This document shows, one piece after another, positions 47,621 to 59,659 of a DNA stretch of 64,000 nucleotides. A program made the position numbers and the translations under genes. Origin of the DNA: Botryllus schlosseri (Eukaryota); contig CM119371.1 of assembly GCA_051294905.1 (NCBI GenBank), positions 5,272,001 through 5,336,000 of the forward strand, in the 5' to 3' direction. Every line of letters starts with the position of its first letter. Positions within the stretch are counted from its first letter, which is position 1. Below the pieces are notes generated by a model. It saw only the letters and a list, made by a program, of their open reading frames with translations, made no database searches and was not told where the DNA came from.

Positions 47621-49350
47621 GGTGATTTAAGTGAGAGAGGCGATCGCATCCGCTAACATAAAATTTTGTCGTGAATGATTATCACTTCCATGATATTTTT
47701 GAATAATATTCAACACCCTTTTCTCAGTGCTTTAAAATTACAATAACATTGACAAGAAACTACTACAGTGTATACAGGAAGTATATATTTTCAGTGACTG
47801 GTGCATCTCATTCATTTTCAGTAATAGGCTAACTCCATGTCAGTAGCCCTAAAACAAATTAATGGGTTATTTCAGTTTTTAGATTTGACAGAAATTTGGA
47901 CCAAGTGATTTTGAAATATATCCGAGTAGCCTACATCACAATTTCAAGTTTTTAAATTCAATATCCAGCTTTCGAAGCCACCGCATGATAAAAAGCAAGC
48001 TTTTCCGGCTCATTCAATTGTAAAAATTGATAGAATTTTTGGTAGGTCTGTACATGAGCTATCTTTTAGAAGTTGATCTAATATATCATTCAAGTTGCAA
48101 TTTAGCTTTTTTGTGTACGGCACTCAATTTTAAAGTCATTGCTAATGAAAATCATTGGAGTATCCCTCTCATTTCTGTCAACTTGAAAATTTTCATCACT
48201 AGTCATCATATGGAAGCTATTACAGGAATGCTGAAAAATGAGTTTTTATTGACTATATAATTTTTAAGTTGTGACAGCAATGTATGTTGTAGGCAGAAGT
48301 AGGCGATTTGGATAATGTTTAGTTCCTCTTAAAACTAGCGCTCGAAATTTTCGTGTGGACAGTGTTGCGCCAACAATATTTGAATTCGACGCTGTGTATG
48401 ACTTGATTTTGAGAATTATTATGAGCCTAGTTCTGACCCCTTACCTCATTTTATTGTCAGGTTCAAGAGCTTCTTCTATTTTATCTTTAGGCGTTTAGAC
48501 GAGGTTGTCTGGCTAAGCTATTTTATGACCGGTACCATTGCAAGCATTCATTGTAAAATTTACCATAAACATGCAGCTGTCTTGGTTAAGTAACTTCTGG
48601 GACAAGTGGTGATTTGTAATATACCGGTATTTGTTCTTTTCTGTAGGTACTTTTGCTGGTTAGCTGTTAGGAATATATTTCACTGTCCAAATATAGTCCA
48701 CGAGTTATTCCTTGTTGAGTGATCCGGTAATAATTCTTGATGACCATAAACTCCTCTTGGTTGAGTCATCTTGTCAAAGATTGGAAGTCATTGTTGTTTG
48801 TTGTTGTTTTGAGTATTCATGAATCATAATGTCTCTGCTTCGGTAAGTTTACACCAAGCCAATATCATTTTGTACCCGTATGATAGTTTCCATTTAGTTG
48901 TTCTTTTTGACTTTTAGTGTCATATTTGCTATCATCATTTTGATTTCTACTTTTTTGTAGAACTAAATGCATCAATTCAATTGTCCGGTCATAGTAGTTT
49001 CTTCATTCATTGGAAGTTTCAATTCTATGGATGTGTTCTATAAACTTCATTGTTTGGTCACCGTAGTGATCGATTCGCTCTTGGTCCTCAGTCAGGGTTG
49101 TAACCGAGTCAAATAACAATTCTACTTTTATATTTTGATCTGAGCCAAGTCGAGTCTCGAAAATATCACGACTCGAGTCATTGGAATCCTGCCATCGTTT
49201 CCTTGAAAATGTATGAACTTTTACTTTTTCAGTTTCCATTGTCACTGTATTTGTGATTACTTTCACGCATGAAAATGACATCTTGAACTTGAATGACACA
49301 GTCGCCTGTGAACAATCACTACATTGTGATTGATTGTAGATACATAAAGG

Positions 49351-49510
49351 ATCGACATTCCACCAATCACCATAGCCTCCATAAAGGTTATGGTATCACG
49401 GAATCTATAGACATGCAATATATAATAGTTATCGATATTCCACCAATCACCATAGCCTCCATAAAGGTTATGGTATCACGGAATCTACAGACATGCAATA
49501 TCTAATAGTT
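49351..49510. repeat. 80-bp near-perfect tandem duplication
   Basis: 49351-49430 is repeated at 49431-49510. Confidence 0.9.
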
Positions 49511-49640
49511 GGAAGGAGAGGGCAGGGGGGTCTGTGTTTATAGATATATGGGGCCCCCCTGGAAGTTTCGCCAAGGGCCCCCCCAATCCTAGGGCCACCA
49601 CTGGATATAAGCATGGGGGGGGGGCCGAAACCGAGAAAAA

Positions 49641-49787
49641 TTCTTTTGCACAACTCGAGAACGATGTAGACAAAATCCTGTTCTTGGAAGAATCTGTAAA
49701 ATCCAACGACGTGCTTGTGATTCAAACTGCGGTGGAGATGATCTCTTGAGATATATTGTCTTTCTGGTGATCATACGCGAGCAATGC
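49641..49787 (-). pseudogene. PLK1-like: PLK1-like kinase exon (subdomains III-V), copy 1, frameshifted
   Basis: [16 protein letters not shown](fs)[31 protein letters not shown] vs PLK1 [49 protein letters not shown]. Confidence 0.85.
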
Positions 49788-51352
49788 CTAAAATTCAGAC
49801 ACGGGGTACTAGTGATAGTTGCGGATTATGAAAAGTGAGTAGTTCTAGTTCTATTCATGCATTTAAAAAACTTAAGTTGCCGATCAACTAGAAAACGAAT
49901 GTCGTCATTTGGTGTGAGTCATGATACCGGTGTTCTTGCAGCCAGCTCAGAGTCATCACTGCTAAAAAAGAAGTACCACCGGGTGGTTTTATAATTGAAA
50001 TGCCGATTCTATCTCCAATATTCATTAGCTCATATAAAATTAAGTATTCCGTATAATGAGTTGAGCCTATTAGTTAGTTAATTAGGGATGTTTACTACGC
50101 TTTCACCCGGACTTGAGAAGAATTGAGTTGCTAAAACTAATCGAAAATGGTCATTCTACTTCAGCAGTTCCGTATGCGTCCCTATGCGGAATGTGTTTAG
50201 AACTAGGCCTAGAGATGAATTGTGTAATCATAAGATAATACTACTTCATGAATGTCAGTAGGTGGTTTATTATAATAAGGTATAATGACAGCCTGAACGA
50301 TGATTGTTTGGCTAATAATATCGGGTCTATAATAGAGTTTGAACTATATCGGCCATGAGAGGCAAAAATATCGGCAATTTTTGTGACGACATGGTAGTAT
50401 GGAAAATATTATTTGCGATTGACATTGGAAATATTCATCTATTTCTCGTAACTTACAAGTGGTCACGTTGGTACTCTAGTATAGAACTAGAAGTGACATT
50501 GTAATTGTCTACTCGAGCATATGCAGAAGTTGCGATTTCAAAGTAGGTACGGTAATAGAGCAAGTATTCTAGACCTGGTTTAGCCGAAAAACTGAACTGT
50601 TACATAGGAGCGTACAGATGCATCCTTTCTCGTATATTTCATTTCAAAGTCTAGCAACGACCACAACGTTTTTTAAATCAATGTTCTGAAGGTTTGAAAA
50701 TGTGCCTTACGCTAATTGCCATATTGTTTCAATATAGGCCAAATATAGCGAGGTTTTCAGTGAAAGTGCTACTTATCGGTATTGGCTCAAAACTACGATA
50801 TCTGTCGGAGTCTAGCTAGGATGAATGAGACTCGAGTACGCGACTAGAATCGTAATACTCGATTCAGCTTTTCCAAATTAGATTACGATTGGAATCACTG
50901 CTGCTATTTTTTATAGTTTTATTTTACCCATATTAGAGTAGAATTAGAATTAAAGCTACACAGCTTTTTCCGATTTAGAATATTACAATGATAGCTACAC
51001 GTTTTTTTTACGAATTGGCTAAACAGTTTTTCTCCAAATCAGAGTAAAATGATAGCTACACACATTTTTCAAAATTAGATTAGAATTAGAATTACTTAAT
51101 TTACAAAACCTTCGACATCGAATGAAGCTCAGTTCATATCAAATCACAGCTCATACACATAAGCACTATAATGACAAATGTCAGCACAGCGAGCCTGGTT
51201 GGTTTCGTACGATACAGTACTCCTGCAGCAATTACAGGAAAGCCAGAAATTAGATTAATGTGAACATAGAATGATTTGACAATTTAGATTATAATTAGAT
51301 GACAGGCATTCGCTTGATTAGTTTTATTAGACAACTACATTACAATTATTAC

Positions 51353-51470
51353 CTCTGTATCTCTGTGAATGATCTTACAATCGTAAGACGTTATTCAGAA
51401 TCTGTTGCATGTAGTAACGAGTCTCTGCTTCTGTGATGGCGCACCTTCTTTTGTAAACTTTCATCAGCGA
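51353..51470 (-). pseudogene. PLK1-like: PLK1-like kinase exon (subdomains V-VIb), copy 1
   Basis: SLMKVYKRRCAITEAETRYYMQQIL..DCKIIHRD vs PLK1 [24 protein letters not shown]..VIHRD. It has CAG/GT boundaries and an internal deletion. Confidence 0.8.
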
Positions 51471-54051
51471 CTGAAAACATAAATTAAAGCTAATTGATTG
51501 ACAGGATGAAAACAACAATACTATTACTTGATAACGTCTAAATCAGTGGTTCTTAACCGTTTTGACTTAGCGAGCCTGTAAAATTTGACAACAATTTTTT
51601 TTGAACCAATAAAACGACAATGTCATTTCCACTAATATGGGTGCATCGCTGTACCTCATGTTAAGTATGTTTCGAAACGACCCATTGAAGTTTGCAGCTT
51701 TGCACAGTGGACATGAGTATCGCAGCAATCATTTTCATCGATCAATCAACTCTGAATCATAAGGAGCGCAGGATTTTGGTGTTGGAGCCGATCGTTTCTC
51801 ACTATTAGTCTGGAATCAAGTAAAAATAATGCGCGATTTAGATTCAAGCACCTTCCCGATTTATTCCGCACAGCTCAAGTGCCAACAATCTTCTTGACAA
51901 CGTCACATACTAGCAAGAGCCCTAATTCGGATCTATCATATCTCTATAATTTGACATGAGTTTGAGATTACCACTGATTCCGAGGTAGTGGCCTGATTTG
52001 TGTCAATGTCATTTGACAAACTTGATTTGCACAGAGAACATTTGCTATTCTTCAGCTGCCGCGGCAGTCATGAATGGTATAAAATCTCTGATTTGTACAA
52101 GTAGGCCTACATGTGAGAGGGAAATCGATTCAAAATGCACTCAATTAGTGATTAGGCCTACATAAATACCAACCCATATTTATAGCAGACTTCAAAGTTG
52201 GATTGGTATGGGTATACCTCTTCAACTGTGCTTCCAACTTTGCCATATTGAAGGCTGGTGATTGATTGCTGCATATGATGGTCGCCTCTGGCTTGTCACA
52301 TATGTCCTTCTGTGTCTCGGTATTAGCAGCACCTGTCACGTAAAGAAATAACCTTGCAATGATAGCACCACATTTGTGATGAGGGAGAGAAAGTTTTTTA
52401 CAGACGTATGACACTTTTAATTGTGGATTGGTAGGTTTTTATTCATCAAAATGACCTCATAAAAAGTCTATACTCTCTATACAAGAAATCGAATTCGCAC
52501 AACTTGTTGGCAGGATACAGGCTACAAGAACACCCGGCTTGACGCTTAATACCCAACACGTAATCCAATCACCAAGATGCTGGATTTTGCCAAGCCTCAC
52601 TGATAATAACGTTACAAGTCTCTGTAATATGCAGTAGCTAAGGCTGGGCACAATTATTCCAGTGGAGTAATGAGAGATGATTTTTTTGAGCACCGAAATG
52701 ATACGTTCCTTGCTACGCAACAAAAATTATGGTTTTGATAGCACTGTTCACTAGCGTTGTTCAAAAGCAACTTTTTTCCAGACTCCGGTGATTCACTCAT
52801 TAAATTGTAAGGTTTCCTATCACATCAAATTTGGCTCAATTCCAACCACCAGAAGCCGCGACATAGCCAAGTAAAATGTCGACAAACACGATGCAAAACA
52901 AATATGCCACAGTTCCAACCCGTAGAAGCTATGTTATTTGAGTTTTTCATCAATAATTGTGGGACTACCCACCATCAACGCTATTTTTGCAAATCCAAAA
53001 CTCCCGACTCCAATAACTTTGCATCTCCCGGTTGGGAGTGAGCGAAAATTGTTATGCATCATTCTTTTAGGCTAATTAACAATTCCGTGGGGTTAACTGT
53101 TAAATTTGAAATTTTATTTATATTTTTTGAATAAATGAGAAAATTACAATTGGCTCTGCCGCGGCTTTCGTTGGTTGAAATTTAGTGTACAGCCTTTTTT
53201 CGGCTACCTGAACAATTTATTCAGTGAATACTCGGGAACCAGAAATTTTTGAACAAACCTACTGTTCACCGTGGAAGCCTTGAAATGTCGAATGGTCATA
53301 TCAGAACATACAAAACATGCAGTACAAAGTTACGCAAGTTAATGGAAATGACATTTCTGTAAAGTTGTGGTCAAACCACAGTATCGTCACAAAATGCAAT
53401 AAAATAGGTGTGGTCGAAAAGATACGAAATCATCTTCAATGTGATGCAGAATTGCAGATATGGCAATATATTTTTGTGGTTGCGTAAAAGGTAGCCTACC
53501 TATCTATACTTTCCACGTCATTCATACTGTTATGACATCATATTGAGTGATACTCGAAACGTCGTCTCAAAATTCCAATATGGATTCCGATACAAATCAC
53601 TCGGGTGCGCTGTCTTCAAAAACGATGCAGGATCAAGGATAATCCCTGAATTATCATCGGAAAACTCAAATAGCTGCGCTTGTACGGCGTGGAATGGAGT
53701 CAAATTTGTTTTGCATCGTTTTTAAAGACAATTTCGCAACAATTTCATGGGGTTGGCGGAAAAATTTGAAAACAATTTTGTTTTGCATTTTTGGGCGAAT
53801 TCAAAATTTTTAAACTGTACGACATCCGCGAATATTGGTTGGAATGAATAAAAATTTGGTGTTCGTCATTTTTTAAGGCAACCTAACGATTTAATCACGT
53901 AGCCAGCAAGATTCAGGAAAAAAGGATATATTTTAACAGCCCTAGTGTATAGTTTTATTCCCAAATTGGCAGACTACTATACTCGGTCAACTCTGGTTCC
54001 GACATTCTTTGCGAAGATTATTTACGAACGCACTACTACATACAATGTCAC

Positions 54052-54171
54052 CTTGCTATCTCTGTGGATGATTTTACAATCGTGGCGATTAACAACACCA
54101 ATCTATTGCATGTGATGACGAGTCTCTGGTTCTGTGATGGCGCATCTTCTTTTGCAAACTTCCATCAGCGA
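54052..54171 (-). pseudogene. PLK1-like: PLK1-like kinase exon (subdomains V-VIb), copy 2, with an in-frame stop
   Basis: Translates SLMEVCKRRCAITEPETRHHMQ*IGVVNRHDCKIIHRDSK; paralogous to 51353-51470. Confidence 0.8.
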
Positions 54172-55232
54172 CTGACACCAAAAATATAAGGTAATTAGAT
54201 TGCTGGAATGAGAAAAAAGTATTATTTGTTGGACACAACTAAATCAGTGGATCTCAACCTTCTGAGTTGAAGGGACGGTCAGATTTGACAACAGTTTTGC
54301 AGACCGGTGAAACTTTCAAACTGGAAACTTCATTTAATATTTGCTTTTTGATACTGAGCGTGTAATAAATAAGGCTGGCTAAAATAGAGTATGTGAGTGA
54401 TTAGATTATGAATCGAGTCATGAGTTTGAGTCACTCATGTTAACATCACAGCAAGACCACAACAATGGATATAATGTCAATTCTAGTTACATTATAAAGA
54501 TTATTTGGCCCTTTTTTGACCATACCTATTCATCCCATTATGGGACAAAGTTTTGGTTGATCACAACTTCACAGACAGTCATTTTCAGTAACGTGAGTAG
54601 CTTTGTACTACAATTTTTCGTATGCTGCGATGCGACCAATCGAGGTTTACAGATTCTCACAGTGAGAAATATTATCAAAAGTATAATTCCCATTGGTTCA
54701 GTTCAGCTTATTGTTAATATAGTTTTCCCGTTTGTGACATGGAGCGTATATTGTCAGTACGCGAAACAATCATTTCCTACTGCTCGACTCAAATGATTAT
54801 AATTGATACTCCATTCAGATTTGAGTCATCAAATTATTGTGCCCAGCCCTAGTGATCACAGTTGTGGCAGTAGAAAATGATCAAATTATCCAAACTAGAT
54901 CGGGATTTGAATTATATTGAACAAATTTTTCCAAATGAGAGTAGAATTAAAATTAGCTAGTTGGGAAGAGAAATCAAGTTCAGTTCAAATCTGAGTTGAT
55001 AATCATAAGCATGAGTATAGTAAATGACTGTTTCACACAATACATATAAAAATAGTGGACTAGCTACATTGGAATTACATTACAAGCTCTTCGCCCTATT
55101 TATCTTATTATATTATAGCATAATAATGATGTGGTTGTCCAAGTCTGCTAGTAGTGAATATGACAGATCTAATGCATTTTCGACCTTCACAGTAAGAGGT
55201 ACATTACATTTGTAATGAGGAAATGCTTTTAC

Positions 55233-55379
55233 CCTTCTTCTGCACTAGATTCTCAAACACGACGTAGACAAAATCTTTGTCTTGGAACAATCTGTGAAAT
55301 CCAACGACGTGCTCGTGATTTAAACTTCGACTGATCTCTCGACACATTTGTCTTTCTCATGCTACTTTACAAGCAATGC
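55233..55379 (-). pseudogene. PLK1-like: PLK1-like kinase exon (subdomains III-V), copy 2, disabled
   Basis: Translates [40 protein letters not shown]; paralogous to 49641-49787. Confidence 0.8.
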
Positions 55380-55924
55380 CTGAAATTCAGATACTGGCTT
55401 TAGTTGCGGATTTTAAGCAGTGATTAGTTCTAGTCATAGTTGTGCATGTAAAAATATTTTAGTATCCGATCAACTAGAAAACATGTGTCATTTGTCGTGA
55501 ATCATGATGCCAGTTTTCCATTGTGTGTTCTTGCATCCGTCTCAGAGTCATCACTACCAATAATGGTGAAGCCGCGGGTCAAGACCTTATTGAGTACTCT
55601 GTAAAAGACTGACTCTGCTTACAGGCGTTCAGATGCATGATTTTTAGCTTATGTTATATCCAAGTATAGCAACGGCTGCGAAGTTCAAAAAAATGCTCTG
55701 AAGGTTTGAAAATATGTCTTAAGCTAGTTGTCATATTATTCCAATATCAACCGAATATATCGTGGTTATCGGTGAAGGTGCTACTTATCGGTATTGGCTC
55801 AAAAATACGATATTGGTCGGGCTCTAGTGAATGAGACTCGAGTACGCGACTCGAAACGTAATACTCGATTCAGAATCCAATCAATCAGGAACTCGATTTT
55901 GCCAAGACCTACGAAAATACTCAC

Positions 55925-56086
55925 TGTTGCAACTCTGCAGAGGACGACTTAGCTGTAGTTGGCTTTCCGAAATCCTAGGCGTCATCGGTTATGGGCAGTT
56001 TATGTGGAATGTTGCCGTTGAAATACTTGCTCACCGACACTTCCTTTACAGAGGATCGTTGGAACGGGTCAATTTCCAACACACTA
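55925..56086 (-). pseudogene. PLK1-like: PLK1-like exon (kinase subdomain XI and linker)
   Basis: VLEIDPFQRSSVKEV..YFNGNIPHKLPIT..TPRI resembles PLK1 [37 protein letters not shown]. It has CAG and GTGAGT boundaries. Confidence 0.6.
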
Positions 56087-58371
56087 CTGAGAAAATCACA
56101 TAGAGTAACTCACACTTTCATAAGATCGTTCGAAAATCAGGATTGGGGGATTTTAAACTATAATTAGAATCAAGATTTGAATTTGAAATAGCAAACCATT
56201 TCCGTATTTGGATAGGAAAAACTTGAAGTATCAGGTTGAGCCGATGTGCAGACTTGGACAACTAGAAAATTTTAAGCTTTTCCAAATTAGACTAGAATTA
56301 GCATCGCAGATACAAAGGTAATTTCCATATTGAAATATATAATTATGATGATATCTACACAACACAGTTATTTCCCAATTAGATTAACATTAGATTGATA
56401 GCTACACATTTTTTCCGCATTAGATAAGAATTAGAATACAAGCTATTCAGGTTTTAGAATAACTGATCTCGTGAAACCTTGGGACATGAAATCAAGTTCA
56501 CTTCATATCAAATCAGAATCCATTTTCATATGCTCAAGAATGGCAAATGTCTGTACAGAAAGCTTGGCTCGTTTCGAGCTATACACATTTCTCCTGTTGC
56601 AATTGTACGTGAGTAGTATGATGTTATTTTCTGGAAAAGTCATTTTGTTGATCTTCTATTAATAGCCTACAGTTGATATTTGCACATGGTAGATAACGGT
56701 TGCACGATATTTGAGGTAAATCTGAGCTAGAAATCGGGGTATGGGGTCCGTCTACTACGGTATTCTACGACTACATACAGTTGAAACACATTGTTTATTT
56801 TTAGTCAATTTCTAACAAAACAATGTAGGCTGAGTAAAAGCACGCATCATAATGGTCAAATGATTGGTTGGTATCGCAGGTCACACCAGCTGGTGACAGA
56901 GTCAAGCTGATGGGAAAAAATTGATTGATCAAGTTACAAAGTTGCTCAACTTGACCAGCAAAAAGACAATTTCGCAAGGCATAGAAGGGCTATTTTCAGA
57001 CGTAAAGGATCAAGTTCGGAATCACGTTGTTTCTAAAAATAACAAGCTGTCTGTATCATCGTTACATGTGAACAAAACTACCAACGGACTAAACCTCATC
57101 TAGTCGATTTTATTCGCGTCAATAACATTGAGACCGTGGTGGATTAATAATCCCCTCGTGACGACTGTTACCGTAAGGCTGTATAGTGATGAAATTGACA
57201 GGTTGCCTAACAACGTTAGACACCAAATTTTGGTCGATTTCGACCTGCAAAAGCTATGCAATCTGAAATCGACATTTCGGCCATTATTCCAAGTTATAGT
57301 ATGTACGGAGCCAATTTCGACACTAAGGGCGGATATAATAAAGATAGCTGATCCGGTAGAACGCTAATCATGTGATTAAAAACAGCTAATCGGTAAGCAT
57401 TTGAGGTGGAGGTAATAAAGTTGGCTGATCCAGAAGAATGCTAATCGTGTGATTAAATACTGCTAATCGTGACGCATAAAGCTGGAAAATGTTACACGCG
57501 ATGGTTAGTCGAGGTGTCCCAAGTTTTTAATCAAGTGGCGTTATCTGTTACATCATAATGCTAAAACGCGTTATAGGCTCTCAGTTGTCAATTTGTTGAA
57601 TGAAACAGCAGCCTGATGATAACGATATATTTCCACTGCAATAGGTAGATTTATCATCATCATGAAATTAAAGTCGTGTTTAATTCGTACGGTACAGCTA
57701 AGAAACGGATTATAGAATATTGGTATCGCTCTGCAATAGCAGGTAGCCTACCTAATTCGTTGATTGTTTAGCGAAGCCATTGCCTTGGAGACAGTCGGAA
57801 ACGGCAAGGTCATTATTATCGGAAATAGTTGTGCGTAGGAATGGTACGCAGTGTACCCAGTTTTGATAGATAACTAGTTATCTATAGCAGTGCTCTTCAA
57901 CCTTTTTCGACGTGGTACACCCTTTTAACGTTTGTTCAAAACTCGTACACCCCTGTTCATTAGGGGTCTTCAAAAATGACTTTTTTCCTCAAATCGTACT
58001 GGCTACTTGATAAAATTGTTAGGTTACCTAACTTAAGCCTACACACCAAATTTGGTTCAATTCCAACCAGTAGCCGCATGGCTACGGAGGAAGAAAGTTT
58101 CTAAAAATTAATAACGAAAAATGTGAAATTTTTTTGTTCACCCCATGAAAGTATTAGATTGTCTATAAAAATGATGTTCGTCAAACTTGGTTCAATTCCA
58201 ACCAGTACAAGCGGAGTTATTGCCGTCAAAAAATTTGGATTTGAATAAAATAGCATTTGGTCACAGAGTCTATTCGCAGCCAGTTAGGCCGCCCGCCACG
58301 CAAATTGGAATTTATTTCGTGTCAGCCCCAAAACAGCATGACATTACAAACGATAATCAACATAAGTGTAA

Positions 58372-58950
58372 CTATAGATAACTAACCTACGGATAGATAG
58401 GCAACAGCCGTCGTCACGCTCTCTTGCCCGGAGGAAATCAGTGCTCAGCAATCTGAACGCAGCATAATTGCCAATTCCATAGCTGATGACCTGAACGCCC
58501 AAATTAAATAGAGTTGATCTTATTTGAAAGCTACTGTCGCGTTGATTCTGAAAATATTCATTAAAAGTTCATTAAGGGAATGGAACCAGCTCGCAATAAC
58601 CTTCAAAGTCTGAAAATCGGCATCGTTGCTAACAATGGCAGAGACGCAGCACAATGACCATAACAATGGGCCTTGCATGGTTGCGATTGTTTACAACAAT
58701 GCAGATTTTCAGACTTTGAGGTGAATTTTGAGTGGGTTCCAGTGCGCTGATCAGATTTTAATATATATTTTCGAAATCAGTGCGATAGTAGCTTTCAAAT
58801 AAGATCAACTTTATTCAATTTGAGCGCTCAGGTCATCGGCTATGGGATTAGCAATGATGCTGCGTTCAGATTGCTGAGCAGTTATTTCCTCCGGGCCAGC
58901 AAGCGTGACGACGGGTGTTGGGTATCTATCCGTAGGTTAGTTAATTATAG
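58372..58950. mobile_element. ~580-bp foldback (palindromic) MITE
   Basis: Imperfect inverted arms of ~270 bp (TAACTAACCTACGGATAGATA.. / ..TATCTATCCGTAGGTTAGTTA), flanked by TGTAA on both sides. Confidence 0.8.
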
Positions 58951-59086
58951 TGTAACAGTATTGAGGAGAGAGTAGGTAAAGCCACTGCTGCAGAAGCGGT
59001 AATTCTGATCAGCGATGATAGCAGGCGCACCAGCCTACTGCGTATCAGGCCTGCCCCACACCACACACAGTCGATAGTGGCACATG

Positions 59087-59659
59087 CAGGGTTGTAATGA
59101 CTCGACTCGAGTCACGATTTTCTGATGACTCGACTTGACTCGAGTCATTTTCTCAAAATGCGGAAATGACTCGACTCGACTCGAGTCAATTTCTGTATTG
59201 ACTCGATTTGGACTCGAGTCATTGTGCATGACTCGAGCCAAGTCCTATGACTCGAGACGCAGACCGCCAAGACCGACATTTCATTGTAATTTCGAAGAAT
59301 AGTATAGTAACCACACTATTTGGATTTCGTCTATTGGTACTGGTACTTGAAAATGCGACCAGAAACTGCTAAAAGTGAGGGAAATTAGTGTATTATAAAT
59401 GAGAACCGTTCGATATCACCAAAGAGAGTTATAAAAGGTGGTTTTAATTTTACACGAACAGGAATCTGAGCAGTCAACACAATGTCTTGGACTCGACTCG
59501 AGTTATAATACCGTGACTCGGACTCGACCCTATTTTCGCTGACTTGGACTCGGACTTGACTCGGTGGTGAATTGAAAATGACTCGACTTGACTCGAGTCA
59601 AAACTATAATACTGAGATTGACTTGTGACTCGGTGCCTTGTGACTTGGTTACAACCCTT
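59087..59659. mobile_element. hAT MITE with GACTCGAGTC subterminal arrays
   Basis: TIRs CAGGGTTGTAA / TTACAACCCTT and an exact TSD GGCACATG (59079-59086, 59660-59667). Related fragments lie at ~20965-21500, ~49093 and ~59891. Confidence 0.87.

Larger units (their letters stand above)
46240..49603. mobile_element. Non-autonomous hAT element with internal tandem repeats
   Basis: TIRs CAGTGGTGGC / GCCACCACTG, GGGCCCC subterminal motifs, and an exact TSD GATATAAG (46232-46239, 49604-49611). Confidence 0.85.
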
